Positions 1 to 9,961 of a stretch of 36,931 bases of DNA are shown piece after piece; the first letter of the stretch is position 1; each line of letters opens with the position of its first letter. This stretch comes from Bacteroidota bacterium (GTDB lineage Bacteria > Bacteroidota > Ignavibacteria > UBA10030 > UBA6906), in contig JBKJJX010000065.1 in the NCBI GenBank assembly GCA_046597825.1, forward strand, positions 1 to 36,931, read 5' to 3'. The translations under genes were made by a program, and so were the position numbers. A model generated the notes under the pieces. The model saw only the letters and a list, made by a program, of their open reading frames with translations, searched no databases and was not told the origin of the DNA.

Positions 1-151
1 CAACGCCCCGCGGACCCGCAAAAAGATATGCGTGCGCTATCCGGTTCTGCTTGACGGCGTTCTTCAGTGTTTGGGTTACATGATTCTGTGCTGCAACATC
101 ATCAAATTTCATGGGCCGCCATTTGCGGGCGGTTACTATATAATCACTCAT
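1..151 (-). CDS. dnaX: DNA polymerase III subunit gamma/tau, 5' end only (runs off the window)
   Basis: Not in the ORF track because it is too short. The reverse complement has ATG at 149-151 and reads [50 protein letters not shown].... This matches the conserved DnaX N-terminus (RKWRP..F.DV.GQ.HV...L.NA....R..HAYLF.G.RG). An AGGA lies a few nt upstream of the ATG. The start is 12 nt downstream of the preceding gene's stop. Confidence 0.8.
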   Translation of the reverse strand, partial: MSDYIVTARKWRPMKFDDVAAQNHVTQTLKNAVKQNRIAHAYLFAGPRGV

Positions 152-163
152 ACATTCCTAAGG

Positions 164-2233
164 TTATCGGCCTTTATTCCGAAGATGGGCATCGAAAAAT
201 TCGTCAATCCGTCTATACTCATCGTACCAGTTTTCCGGCTGCGTGAAGCCGTGCGCTTCGGTGGGATACATCATCACTTCAAATTTCTTTCCCGCCTTCT
301 GTAACTTACTTATTAATTGGGCCGCATCCTGAAAGAAAACATTATCATCAAGCATCCCGTGCAAAATCAAAAGCGGCTTCGTCAGGCTGTCGGCAAACGT
401 AATGGGAGAACTCTTGGCATACGCCTCTTTATTGCTATCCGGCGCTCCCAACCTTGCTCCGGTGTACCACGGATTGTGCCGGTAATAATTCTCCCAACTC
501 GTCACTGCGCGTAGTACCGCTGCGCCAGCGAATGTTGAAGGCGATTTGAATAACGCCATCAACGGAAGAAATCCGCCGTAACTGCCGCCGTACATGCCAA
601 TACTTGTAGAATCAATATAGCCGAGCTTCTTCAGATATTCAACACCGTCGAGTTCATCATCCAGGTCCTTGCCGCCGAGATACATGTACACATCGCGGCG
701 AAAATCGCGTCCATATCCGGCGCTGCCCCGATAATCCAATTCAAACACAACATAGCCTTTACTTGTCAGATAATTGTTGAACATGTACTCCCGGTAATAA
801 TAACCACTCCATCCTCTCAAAATATTTTGCAGGTAACCGGCACCGTGCACGAAAACAACACATGGGCGATTATCGCCGGCGCGAAGGCTTGCCGGCTTGT
901 ACAGCATCCCATGAATTGTTTTTCCATCTCTTGCTGCAAACTGAACGAACTCCGGTTTTATCCATTGCAACACTTGAAATTCTTTTGAGATGGAATTGGT
1001 GAGGCGGCGTTCTTTTCCATCTACAAAACAGTAGAGCTCGGATGGTTTATCGAAGTCAGAGTACAGACAAACGATTGCATTTCCTTCAGAAGCAAGCACG
1101 GGGGACTCATGCGTACCGGTCTGAGTTGAGATTTTTTTGACATCATTATTCTTTCCCAATTTGTAGAGTTGCCATTGCTCGCGTTCTTCTTTGTTTGCCG
1201 TAAAATATATTGTCCCATCAGAACGATCTTCATCGAACCATTTCACCTCCCATTCACCTTTCGTCAGCTGGCGAAGGGACGAGCTATCCTTCCGCAATTG
1301 GTAGAGATGATTCCAGCCGCTGCGCTCCGAAAGAAAGTAAATCGATTTCCCGTCTTTCGACCATTGTGCGGAATAAATGCCTTCCTCAATCCATGTGCTG
1401 TCGAACTCGGAATAAACAAGCCGGGGCGCACCGGAATCGGAATCGAATACATACAGAGAATGGTGTTTTCTCGTCGTATCGAACTGATCAGCCAGGATTT
1501 GTTTTCCATCGGGAGAGAACTGTATGCTGCCCAGAAGAAAACGTTCCGCTGATGTCTTGAGCCACAGAATTTTGCCTGTATCGTCGGGCGCAATACCGAC
1601 GCGGACGCGGGAAAATCCGCTCTTGAATTTTCTGGCGGAGACTTCCGTTCCGGTAAATTGCGGCACCATGAACTCCGGCAACCCGCTCCGGTCATACTCG
1701 GCAAACAATATCCGTTTGTTGTCGGGTGAAAATTCTGCGACTCCATAGGAAACCGCGTCGCTGGAATTATTGGTGAGCTGATAGGACCCCGGTGTCGTCA
1801 CCGGATACACAAAAATATTATTTGTCGTTGCAGAGAGAAGCTTGCTGTCGTGTGACCAGGTCAGTTGGCCCTCGCCGGCGGGACTTCGGATAAGGCGAAC
1901 AGACTGCTTAAACGAGGGATCGGACAGAAAAATGTCTCCCTTTTGCGTAAAGGCTAGCCGCTTTCCATCCGGCGACCAGACACACGATGACACAGCGGAA
2001 TCCAAAACCTGGCGAGGCGTCCCTCCGGATGTTGAAACCATCCAGAGTTTATTCTCGCCACGCGCCGATGAATCCCATTGAAACAATAGCCTGCTGCCAT
2101 CGGGAGAAAGCGCCGCTACAGACGGGCGGCCCCCGGCGATATCCGGTTTTGTGAATATACGCTCAAGCGAAACCGTTTGCGCCTGTGAAGCACATACCAA
2201 GAGGGAGAAGAAGATAACTACGGCGACACGCAT
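164..2233 (-). CDS. Secreted S9 family serine peptidase (prolyl oligopeptidase/dipeptidyl aminopeptidase type) with an N-terminal TolB-like beta-propeller
   Basis: 689-aa ORF with an ATG start. The signal peptide is MRVAVVIFFSLLVCASQAQ. Repeated 'SPDG(K/S)' propeller-blade motifs are present. The C-terminal alpha/beta hydrolase has the nucleophile motif GGSYGG, an acidic residue in LHGMLDDNV and His in PTEAHGF. Confidence 0.9.
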   Translation of the reverse strand: MRVAVVIFFSLLVCASQAQTVSLERIFTKPDIAGGRPSVAALSPDGSRLLFQWDSSARGENKLWMVSTSGGTPRQVLDSAVSSCVWSPDGKRLAFTQKGDIFLSDPSFKQSVRLIRSPAGEGQLTWSHDSKLLSATTNNIFVYPVTTPGSYQLTNNSSDAVSYGVAEFSPDNKRILFAEYDRSGLPEFMVPQFTGTEVSARKFKSGFSRVRVGIAPDDTGKILWLKTSAERFLLGSIQFSPDGKQILADQFDTTRKHHSLYVFDSDSGAPRLVYSEFDSTWIEEGIYSAQWSKDGKSIYFLSERSGWNHLYQLRKDSSSLRQLTKGEWEVKWFDEDRSDGTIYFTANKEEREQWQLYKLGKNNDVKKISTQTGTHESPVLASEGNAIVCLYSDFDKPSELYCFVDGKERRLTNSISKEFQVLQWIKPEFVQFAARDGKTIHGMLYKPASLRAGDNRPCVVFVHGAGYLQNILRGWSGYYYREYMFNNYLTSKGYVVFELDYRGSAGYGRDFRRDVYMYLGGKDLDDELDGVEYLKKLGYIDSTSIGMYGGSYGGFLPLMALFKSPSTFAGAAVLRAVTSWENYYRHNPWYTGARLGAPDSNKEAYAKSSPITFADSLTKPLLILHGMLDDNVFFQDAAQLISKLQKAGKKFEVMMYPTEAHGFTQPENWYDEYRRIDEFFDAHLRNKGR

Positions 2234-2281
2234 CGGGGAGAGATCGATTCTTGTACAGCGAGTGAACGATGGTGGTATTGG

Positions 2282-4666
2282 TTACGAAATAAAAACGTGC
2301 GGTAACGCGTCTTCAATTTTGTTGATGGGAATAATCGTCAGCCCTTCTTTGACCTTTGCCTGGATCTCGGAGAGGTCTTTTACATTCTCCTGGGGAATTA
2401 ACACCGTGGTGATTCCACTGCGCTGCGCGGCAATAAGCTTTTCATTGAGGCCGCCGATTGCAAGCACTTCGCCGCGGAGCGTAATCTCACCCGTCATCGC
2501 AACATCGGCGCGGGCGGGTTTGCCACTGACCGCAGAATACATCGCCATCACCATCGTGATTCCCGCCGATGGGCCGTCTTTCGGAATCGCGCCTTCAGGA
2601 AGATGGACGTGGACTTCTTTGTCTTTGTAGAATTCCGTATTCAGTTGCAGCGCCTCTGCGTTCGAACGAAGATAGCTTAAGGCGGCTTGCGCAGATTCCT
2701 TCATCACATCGCCGAGCTGGCCGGTAAGTGTGAGCTTGTCTTTTCCGCTCATGATCGTTACATCGACATGCAGGATGTCGCCACCCACGCTGGTCCAGGC
2801 AAGCCCGGTAACCGATCCGATCCGGTTTGTTTCTGCACGCAGCCGGTTGCGGAATTTGGGAACGCCGAGAAACTCCTCCACTTTCTGCGGAGTAACCGAG
2901 AGGCTGCTATCCTTCTTCTCTTTCTTTCCATTTGTCTGATTGCTGACAACAATTTCTTTTGCAATTTTTCTGCAGACGGATGCGAGCTCGCGTTCAAGAT
3001 TTCGCACTCCGGCTTCGCGCGTGTATTCGGAAATGATTTTATCTATAGCCGCATCCGTTATTTCGATATTGCTCTTTGTCAGTCCGTGCTCTTCAAGCTG
3101 CTTGGGAATAATATGCCGCTTTGCAATTTCCCGCTTGTCGTGTTGCAGGTAGCCGGAGAGTTCAATGATTTCCATTCTGTCCTGAAGCGGCAGCGGAATC
3201 TGGTAGCGTACGTTTGCCGTGGTTATGAACATTACGTGGGAAAGATCGTAATCGATATCCAAATAATGGTCGCTGAAGGAGACGTTCTGTTCCGGGTCGA
3301 GCACCTCAAGCAACGCCGATGACGGATCTCCGCGGAAATCCATGCTCATCTTGTCTACTTCATCAAGAAGAATAACGGGATTAATCACGCCGGCACGTTT
3401 CAACGACTGAATAATCTTCCCGGGCATTGACCCGATATATGTTCTCCGATGGCCGCGTATCTCCGCCTCATCTCTCACGCCGCCCAATGAAATGCGGACG
3501 AGCTTCCGCCCCAACCCGCGGGCAATTGATTTCGCAAGAGATGTCTTTCCAACTCCGGGCGGGCCGACAAAGCAAAGAATTTGTCCCTTCATCTCACGGA
3601 CAAGATTCAGAACGGCAATGTGTTCGAGAATTCTGTCTTTCGGCTTATCCAACCCGAAATGATCTTGATCGAGTATGGCTTTTACGTGCCCGACATTGAG
3701 ATTGTCTTTCGTGCGCTTGTGCCAGGGAACGCTTACCATCCAGTCAAGATATCCGCGGATGACGGTAGATTCGGGAGAGAGTGCTGGAGTTTTTCGCAAC
3801 TTGACGTATTCTTCCAACGCCTTCTCTTCAACCGCCTTCGGCATCTTTGCTTTCTTGATGTCTTCACGGAGTTTGATGAGTTCGGGCGATGATTCTTCAT
3901 CTCCCAATTCATCCTGCAAAATCCGGATCTGCTCCTGAATAAAAAACTTCCGTTGGGACTTGGCGATATTGTCATGAACTTTGGAATCGATTTCCTTTTC
4001 GATCTTGAGAACATCGTTTTCGGAATTCAAAATCCGGATGAGTTCATGCAGTTGATCCCGCGTGTTCACGATCTGCAACACCTTCTGCTTCACATCCACA
4101 GTCTGGAGAATGTTGGATGCGATATAGAAGACTTTGCGCTGAACGTCCTTTGTGTTTTCAAATGCAAGCAGTACTTCGCTCGGCACGTTCCGGTTGAGAT
4201 GAACATATTCCGCAAACAAACTTGAAGTGTGCCGCAACAGGGCATCGAGCTCGGAATCTAATGTCACATGCTCAAAATTGATCCGGAGTTCGGCTTCCAG
4301 GAATTTCGTGTTGGTGATGAACCGTTTGACCGCCGCCTGCACAACTCCATCCACCAAAATCTTCATCAAGCCATTCGGCAGCTTCAGAATCTGGATAATT
4401 TTGGCAATCGTGCCTTCGTGATAAATATCTTCGATGCCGGGTTCTTCGGTGACGGAGTTTTTTTGAGCAGCAAGGAAAACGAATTTGTCGCGTTCGAGTG
4501 CTTCATTGACTGCTTTGAGCGAGGATTCGCGCCCGACAAGAACAGGGAAGATCATATACGGAAACACAACCACGTCGCGCAATGGAAGCACGGGGAGTTG
4601 GTTGGGAATGGTATCGATCTGATCGTTGTATTGAAGGCCGCTGCCGGACATGGATTCTGCTTGCAT
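2282..4666 (-). CDS. lon: ATP-dependent Lon protease (LonA type)
   Basis: The Lon N-domain (LPVLPLRDVVVFPYMIFPVLVGR) is present. The AAA+ module has Walker A GPPGVGKTS and Walker B ILLDEVDK. The protease domain has PKDGPSAGITM (catalytic Ser) and the GGLNEKLIAA Lys. The ORF track starts at 4750, but the first 28 codons (MYILVYFSLYEGVLDTFSFLHHEKRRSI) do not look like Lon. ATG at 4666 (MQAES...) or 4651 (MSGSG...) is more likely. Confidence 0.93.
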   Translation of the reverse strand: MQAESMSGSGLQYNDQIDTIPNQLPVLPLRDVVVFPYMIFPVLVGRESSLKAVNEALERDKFVFLAAQKNSVTEEPGIEDIYHEGTIAKIIQILKLPNGLMKILVDGVVQAAVKRFITNTKFLEAELRINFEHVTLDSELDALLRHTSSLFAEYVHLNRNVPSEVLLAFENTKDVQRKVFYIASNILQTVDVKQKVLQIVNTRDQLHELIRILNSENDVLKIEKEIDSKVHDNIAKSQRKFFIQEQIRILQDELGDEESSPELIKLREDIKKAKMPKAVEEKALEEYVKLRKTPALSPESTVIRGYLDWMVSVPWHKRTKDNLNVGHVKAILDQDHFGLDKPKDRILEHIAVLNLVREMKGQILCFVGPPGVGKTSLAKSIARGLGRKLVRISLGGVRDEAEIRGHRRTYIGSMPGKIIQSLKRAGVINPVILLDEVDKMSMDFRGDPSSALLEVLDPEQNVSFSDHYLDIDYDLSHVMFITTANVRYQIPLPLQDRMEIIELSGYLQHDKREIAKRHIIPKQLEEHGLTKSNIEITDAAIDKIISEYTREAGVRNLERELASVCRKIAKEIVVSNQTNGKKEKKDSSLSVTPQKVEEFLGVPKFRNRLRAETNRIGSVTGLAWTSVGGDILHVDVTIMSGKDKLTLTGQLGDVMKESAQAALSYLRSNAEALQLNTEFYKDKEVHVHLPEGAIPKDGPSAGITMVMAMYSAVSGKPARADVAMTGEITLRGEVLAIGGLNEKLIAAQRSGITTVLIPQENVKDLSEIQAKVKEGLTIIPINKIEDALPHVFIS

Positions 4667-4688
4667 TATACTTCTACGCTTTTCATGA

Positions 4689-4719
4689 TGAAGAAAAGAA
4701 AAGGTGTCGAGGACACCTT
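4689..4719 (-). promoter_or_regulatory. Terminator-like stem-loop plus T-tract in the lon upstream leader
   Basis: The minus strand reads AAGGTGTC-CTC-GACACCTT, a perfect 8-bp stem with a 3-nt loop at 4701-4719. It is followed by TTTCTTTTCTTC (4689-4700), about 20-35 nt upstream of the candidate lon ATGs. A TATAAT hexamer overlaps the ATG at 4666. The function is not established. Confidence 0.3.
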
Positions 4720-4791
4720 CATATAGTGAAAAATATACCAAGATATACAAGGGATGTCAAGGTAGTATCAAGCGCCGATACCGCCTGTATG

Positions 4792-4832
4792 TAAACAAAA
4801 AGGTGACCGCCAGTCCCCCACCGGCGATCACC
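4792..4832 (-). terminator. Rho-independent terminator after the hybrid kinase pair
   Basis: The minus strand reads GGTGATCGCC-GGTGGGGGACT-GGCGGTCACC, a 10-bp stem containing one G.U pair. It is followed by TTTTTGTTTA. It begins about 47 nt downstream of the kinase stop codon (4879-4881). Confidence 0.55.
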
Positions 4833-4878
4833 CATCAGCCTCTGGCGTCGATTCGACGTTTGAGGATATAAACCATGA

Positions 4879-7014
4879 TTACGCTGCTTCGTGCAAGACT
4901 TCATCCAGCGTCATCAGTAACTTGTCCGTTGTGTACGGCTTCGGCAGGAAACGAAGCGGCCTTCGTGTCGCTGCGGCGGCTGCCTTAAATTTTTCCGTTG
5001 AACCGCTGACGGCTATCAGCTTTACTTCAGGATTTAGTTTCTCCAACGCACGGATTGTCGATGGCCCGTCCATGTACGGCATAATCATGTCCAGCAAAAC
5101 GATTCGAACGTTCTCCCGATGCTGGAGGTACATTGAAAGAGCCTCGATCCCGTCATTGGCGATCACTGTTTTGTATCCGTGAAATTCAAGCGAGTCTTTT
5201 GTAATATCGCGGAGGAACGGTTCATCTTCCGCGATCAGCACCAACTCGCCCATGCCATCCGGAATCCGAATAAGTTCCTGATCCCCGATATTGGCGGCGG
5301 CCGATTCTACAGCCGGCAAGTACGCTGCGAATTCTGTTCCTCTTCCGATTTCCGTTTGAACGGTAACAAAACCTCCGTGACCCTTTACAATCGCATGCAG
5401 CGTCGAAAGTCCGATGCCTGTTCCTTTGCCGACTTCTTTTGTTGTAAAGAAGGGCTCAAAGATTCTGTCAAGAATTTCCGGAGGGATTCCCGATCCTGTA
5501 TCTTTCACTTTTAAGACAACATGCGGCCCGGGCTTTGCTTCGGGGTTCATTGCAACATAATTGCGATCGAGTGTAATGTTCTCCGCACTCACGGAAACGA
5601 TGCCTCCGTTCGGCATGGCATCACGCGCATTGACACAAAGATTCAACAATACCTGATGGACCTGCGTCGGGTCACCGTGAATACTCCAAAGATTTTTCGC
5701 GAGACTCGTGCGCAGCTCGACGGATTTGGGAAACGACTGAGTGGCGAACGTTTGCAGCTCTTTCACGATGTGTGAAACGGCCATGAGTTGTCGCTGGCCT
5801 TCGAATCCGCGGGCAAAAGTGAGTACTTGTTTCACAAGACCGCCACCACGCCGGGCACTGTTTTCCACCAACTTGAGCATTTCAAGTCCCTGCGGGTCTG
5901 TCATTTTCCGTTCTAGCAATCCGACCGCGAGCATAATGGGAGAAAGCACATTGTTCAGGTCGTGTGCAATACCCCCTGCGAGCGTACCGATACTTTCCAT
6001 CCGTTGCGAGCGTAATACTTGTGATTCAAGCCTCTTCTTCTCGGTGATGTCGCTACTGATAACGAGCAGGGATTTAGGATACCCTTCGTTATCATGCACC
6101 AATGTCCACCGGCTTTGTACGGTAATTTCTTTTCCGTCTTTGGTCGTTTGTTTGAGTTCGCCGCTCCATTCACCCTTTTCAAGTGCAACCTTGAGCGGGT
6201 TGGCAGATTGAGATGGCATGACGTCTTTATAGAGCAGATCATCCGCGTTCTTACCTAATACTTCTTCTCGACTCCACCCGTAGACGCGTGCAGCACTTAC
6301 ATTCCAATAGACGATGTTTCCTTCAAGGTCATGAACCGCAATTGCATCCTGTGCTTTGTCCAGCAAGGCCGCCTGTTCCCTGATTTGTTCCTCAATTTTC
6401 CGGCGCTCGGACATTTCCTCTCTGAGCCACTGGGTTCGTTCTTCGACCTTCTTCTCGAGTGATTCACTGAGGCGCTTGTGTTCATCGCGGGCTTTAATAA
6501 GTTCGGCATTCTTCTCGATCATCGATTCATAGGTCGAGAGGAAAAAATTCATGACTTGCCGACGGGTGGAGTTGATAGCGTATTTTTCATTTCCGAACGT
6601 CACATCGACTGTTGGTTCGGCTTTGGCGTTCCGAGCAGTTGCACGTTCAGCGATAATATTTTCCACACGCTGTAAAAGGCTCTTTGCTTCGTAAGGCTTC
6701 GTAATAAATGTATCCGCACCTGATTCCAGGCCGCGCAGGACATCCGTCGGATCGGAATGAGAAGTAAGAAGAATGACGTGGATATCGTTCAGGGCGGACT
6801 CGGCGCGAATGGAGCGGCAGAGCGCATACCCATCCATCTCCGGCATCATAATATCGCTGATAACAAGGGCCGGGCGTTTTTCTTTAACCATCTGCAATGC
6901 GAGAGCACCGTTTGACGCAACCGATACAGTATAGCCCCGTTGCTGCAAGATGAATTGCAGCTTCATGGCCTGGGTCGGTTCGTCTTCGGCGATCAGAATG
7001 CGTTCATTATTCAT
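4879..7014 (-). CDS. Hybrid sensor histidine kinase (REC - coiled coil - PAS - HisKA - HATPase_c - REC)
   Basis: 711 aa. The N-terminal receiver shows ILIAEDEP...[13 protein letters not shown]...ITKP. A coiled coil and a PAS domain ([24 protein letters not shown]) follow. The H-box is [14 protein letters not shown], the N-box [12 protein letters not shown], and the G-boxes VKDTGSGIP and GKGTGIGLS. The C-terminal receiver shows LIAEDEP...[11 protein letters not shown]...LPKP. Confidence 0.92.
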   Translation of the reverse strand: MNNERILIAEDEPTQAMKLQFILQQRGYTVSVASNGALALQMVKEKRPALVISDIMMPEMDGYALCRSIRAESALNDIHVILLTSHSDPTDVLRGLESGADTFITKPYEAKSLLQRVENIIAERATARNAKAEPTVDVTFGNEKYAINSTRRQVMNFFLSTYESMIEKNAELIKARDEHKRLSESLEKKVEERTQWLREEMSERRKIEEQIREQAALLDKAQDAIAVHDLEGNIVYWNVSAARVYGWSREEVLGKNADDLLYKDVMPSQSANPLKVALEKGEWSGELKQTTKDGKEITVQSRWTLVHDNEGYPKSLLVISSDITEKKRLESQVLRSQRMESIGTLAGGIAHDLNNVLSPIMLAVGLLERKMTDPQGLEMLKLVENSARRGGGLVKQVLTFARGFEGQRQLMAVSHIVKELQTFATQSFPKSVELRTSLAKNLWSIHGDPTQVHQVLLNLCVNARDAMPNGGIVSVSAENITLDRNYVAMNPEAKPGPHVVLKVKDTGSGIPPEILDRIFEPFFTTKEVGKGTGIGLSTLHAIVKGHGGFVTVQTEIGRGTEFAAYLPAVESAAANIGDQELIRIPDGMGELVLIAEDEPFLRDITKDSLEFHGYKTVIANDGIEALSMYLQHRENVRIVLLDMIMPYMDGPSTIRALEKLNPEVKLIAVSGSTEKFKAAAAATRRPLRFLPKPYTTDKLLMTLDEVLHEAA

Positions 7015-7043
7015 TGAATAACCTGCGGGATCGAATTCATTCT

Positions 7044-9713
7044 TTACACGGTCTCCACTTCAAACTCGTGTAAGCAGACTTTCAGTTCGTTGAATGACTC
7101 CTTCAACTGATTAAAGGCCTCCTCTGCGGAGCCGATGTCATTGAGCCGCCCCATCTGTTCAAGTCGCAATGCCGCTTCATGCGATTTCTTTGCGGCAAGA
7201 TTTCCTACCGCTCCTTTAAATGTGTGCGCCGCACGATGCACCGCTTTCGCATCTCCAGCCTTTATTGCATCGGCAACAGCATCAAGCATTCCATCAGCGT
7301 TAGCAAGAAACACTCGTGCAAGCTGCCCCAACATATCTTCGCTTTCCAGACACTGTTCAAGTGCCTCGGCCCGGTTAAATACTGAAGTGTCAGTCAATGG
7401 TGTTCTCCCCCGGTCTGCTTTTCCAAAAGTGAGCGTCGGTGTTATTTGTCCCGGAGCCGCCGGCTTAACGTCCGGCCTTTCTACAAGCGGGATTCCATCA
7501 AGTATTTCAAATAAGTGTTCGGTCCGGATTGGTTTCGATACGTAATAATCCATCCCCACAGCGAAACATTCATCTTTGTCCTTCTGCATTGCGTGTGCAG
7601 TCATCGCAACGATCGGAATGTGTTTTCCCGTGGACTTTTCACGTTCACGTATTTGGCGTGTCGCTTCCAATCCATCCATCACCGGCATTTGAATATCCAT
7701 CAAGACCGCATCAAAGCCTTCTTTGTCCAACAAGTCCAGCGCCTCTTGTCCGTTGTTGGCAATCCGCACAGAGTGATTCTTCTTCTCAAGAATGGCGACC
7801 GCAAACATCTGGTTCACAGGATTGTCTTCCGTAAGAAGCAAGCGAAGCGGACGTGAAAGTCGTGTTGTATTCATCGTTACTTTATGTGCTGTGTTTTCTT
7901 CGACAACAGGTTTTGCATTCAGGGTCTGCAGAATTGCATTAAACAGTTCAGACTGAATAATCGGTTTTTTCAGATACGTGTGAATTCCAAGAGCCCTGCA
8001 ACGATCGGCATTTCCCTTTTGGGTAGAAGAAGAAAGCATAATGATGTGGGGAGCGTTCATCATTCCGCGACGTTTCATTTCTTCCGCGAGCTGGAACCCA
8101 TCCATCTCCGGCATGATAACATCCAGCAACATGAGCTGGAACGGCTTTCCTTCTTTCCGGGCACGCTCAACTTCCTCAAGCGCTGCTTTGCCGCTGTCGA
8201 CAAGCCGTGCTTTCATCTGCCAGTTCGTGAGCATGACATCAAGAATATAGCGCGAGGTCGCATTATCATCCACCACGAGCACGGACAAATTCTCCAACGT
8301 GTTTTCCCCCTGATTCACAACCACTGGCTGGTGCTGCTTCAAACCGAATGTTCCGGCAAAATGGAATGAACTGCCTCTGCCGATTTCACTGTCAACCGCA
8401 AGTTTTCCCCCCATCATCTCAATAAGTTGGGAGGAGATGGAAAGTCCCAAACCCGTCCCGCCAAAACGACGGGTCGTCGAATGATCGGCTTGCGAGAAAG
8501 GATCGAAGATTGCCTTTTGTTTGTCCGTAGGAATACCAATACCGGTATCGCGCACCGCAAAACGCAGCACAACACTGTCATCGGAAAGAGATTCAGTGTG
8601 CACATGCAGCGTAATTTCTCCCCGCTCCGTGAATTTGATTGCATTACCGACGAGGTTGGTTATCACCTGGTTCATGCGCGTGGGGTCGCCGACTATCCGC
8701 ATCGGGACGTCGGACGCGATGTCGCAGACCAATTCAAGGTCTTTTTGATGTGCCCGCAACGCAAGAGCTTTCAGCACAACACCAATTGTATCGCGGATGT
8801 CAAATTCCGTTGCTTCAAGCTCCAGTTTGCCGGATTCTATTTTTGAGAAATCCAGAATGTCGTTGATGATCGTAAGCAGGGATTCAGACGAGCTTCGGAC
8901 CGTTTCAAGATATGTGCGCTGCTCAACCGACAGGTTCGTGTCGAGTGCCAGTTCCGTCATACCGATGATGCCGTTCATCGGCGTACGGATTTCATGGCTC
9001 ATGTTTGCGAGAAACTCGGATTTGTATTTCGCCGAAAGTTGTGCGGCGTTGCGTGCCTGTTCAAGTTCTGCGGCACGGACTTCGAGCATGCGGGATTGTT
9101 CCTTTGCAATGGCAGTTGCAGCGATAAGCTCCTTGTTGTACTGACGCACTTTCGACGCTTCCTGGGCGAGCAGAACAATTCCATATAATCCGATCGCCAG
9201 AATGAAGAGACTGACAAGAATCGAAACCAGCCGTTGGTTTTCAATTTCTTTCTTGAATGCATCGAGTGAGTAGACCAGAACGATAGTGCCGAGCTGTCTG
9301 TCCTGATTTGCAATCGGCGTGTAGACCGTAACGCTGCTGTTGCTCACCTCTACAGTCCGCTCCGTGAACAATTTCAGATTTTTATCCACTGATGAACGGC
9401 GGGGATTATAAGCAAGAACAGAGCTGTCTCCCTGACCCTGAATAGCCACATATGTTACATTGCTATCCTTCTTCGCCCAGTCAAAAGACCTCTGCACCAT
9501 CTCAAAATTACTGTTGTTGAGACCTGTCCCGACGGAGAATGCCAGCATTTCGCTGAGCGTGAGTGCCTGTTTCCTGCCCGCTTCTTCGCTGAATGTCTCT
9601 TGCTTGGAAGGATAATAGAGGAGCCCGAAAAGTACAACCGAGAGCCACGGAATCGCAAATGTGGCAATAAGTTTTACCCGATACGACGCGCGGATTTCAC
9701 TAAGCTGTTTCAT
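7044..9713 (-). CDS. Unorthodox hybrid sensor histidine kinase (2 TM + extracytoplasmic sensor - HisKA - HATPase_c - REC - REC - HPt)
   Basis: The H-box is [14 protein letters not shown], the N-box [13 protein letters not shown], and the G-boxes VRDTGIGIP and [10 protein letters not shown]. There are two receivers (VLVVDDN...[11 protein letters not shown]...LKKP and LLLTEDN...[11 protein letters not shown]...VSKP). The C-terminal HPt domain reads [16 protein letters not shown]. Two hydrophobic segments flank a roughly 130-aa sensor region. The ORF track starts at 9887, but that 58-codon Cys-rich extension is atypical and overlaps the divergent gene's ORF. ATG at 9713 (MKQLSEIR...) is preferred, and the start remains uncertain. 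Confidence 0.9.
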   Translation of the reverse strand: MKQLSEIRASYRVKLIATFAIPWLSVVLFGLLYYPSKQETFSEEAGRKQALTLSEMLAFSVGTGLNNSNFEMVQRSFDWAKKDSNVTYVAIQGQGDSSVLAYNPRRSSVDKNLKLFTERTVEVSNSSVTVYTPIANQDRQLGTIVLVYSLDAFKKEIENQRLVSILVSLFILAIGLYGIVLLAQEASKVRQYNKELIAATAIAKEQSRMLEVRAAELEQARNAAQLSAKYKSEFLANMSHEIRTPMNGIIGMTELALDTNLSVEQRTYLETVRSSSESLLTIINDILDFSKIESGKLELEATEFDIRDTIGVVLKALALRAHQKDLELVCDIASDVPMRIVGDPTRMNQVITNLVGNAIKFTERGEITLHVHTESLSDDSVVLRFAVRDTGIGIPTDKQKAIFDPFSQADHSTTRRFGGTGLGLSISSQLIEMMGGKLAVDSEIGRGSSFHFAGTFGLKQHQPVVVNQGENTLENLSVLVVDDNATSRYILDVMLTNWQMKARLVDSGKAALEEVERARKEGKPFQLMLLDVIMPEMDGFQLAEEMKRRGMMNAPHIIMLSSSTQKGNADRCRALGIHTYLKKPIIQSELFNAILQTLNAKPVVEENTAHKVTMNTTRLSRPLRLLLTEDNPVNQMFAVAILEKKNHSVRIANNGQEALDLLDKEGFDAVLMDIQMPVMDGLEATRQIREREKSTGKHIPIVAMTAHAMQKDKDECFAVGMDYYVSKPIRTEHLFEILDGIPLVERPDVKPAAPGQITPTLTFGKADRGRTPLTDTSVFNRAEALEQCLESEDMLGQLARVFLANADGMLDAVADAIKAGDAKAVHRAAHTFKGAVGNLAAKKSHEAALRLEQMGRLNDIGSAEEAFNQLKESFNELKVCLHEFEVETV

Positions 9714-9961
9714 GTACTGATCCCATGTGAACGGAGTCGGCTTCTGATTGTATTCACAGACTTCAATCCACATGCCATCGCAAAGGCATCGGAAATTCAT
9801 CATAAAGCTGCAGATTCGCACATGCAGGAGGCGCGACATTTTTACGATTCTACAATCATCACTACTCATCGTTGAAAGAGACAGCATTACGGGCGGGGGA
9901 TTTTCTGTGTGAATGTCGTATATTAGAGCAAAGATTATTGTTCTCCATACGAAAGACTAAC

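Noticed and set aside
32-304. A 90-aa plus-strand ORF at the window start.
   Set aside because: It is antisense to the dnaX 5' end and the C-terminus of the S9 peptidase, both of which have clear homology signatures. It has no motifs of its own.
2282-4750. Lon considered as a BREX-type (BrxL) or other defence-associated Lon-like protease.
   Set aside because: It has the full LonA architecture (Lon N-domain, AAA+ module, Ser-Lys protease) in a housekeeping context next to dnaX. No methyltransferase, phosphatase or BREX partner genes are present.
9714-9887. A 58-codon Cys-rich N-terminal extension of the 947-aa kinase ([46 protein letters not shown]...). It could have been a novel metal- or redox-sensing N-domain.
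   Set aside because: It precedes the first TM helix, has no recognisable fold, and overlaps the over-extended ORF of the divergent aminotransferase. It sits where the divergent promoters should be. The internal ATG at 9713 gives a normal kinase topology. This is not fully excluded.
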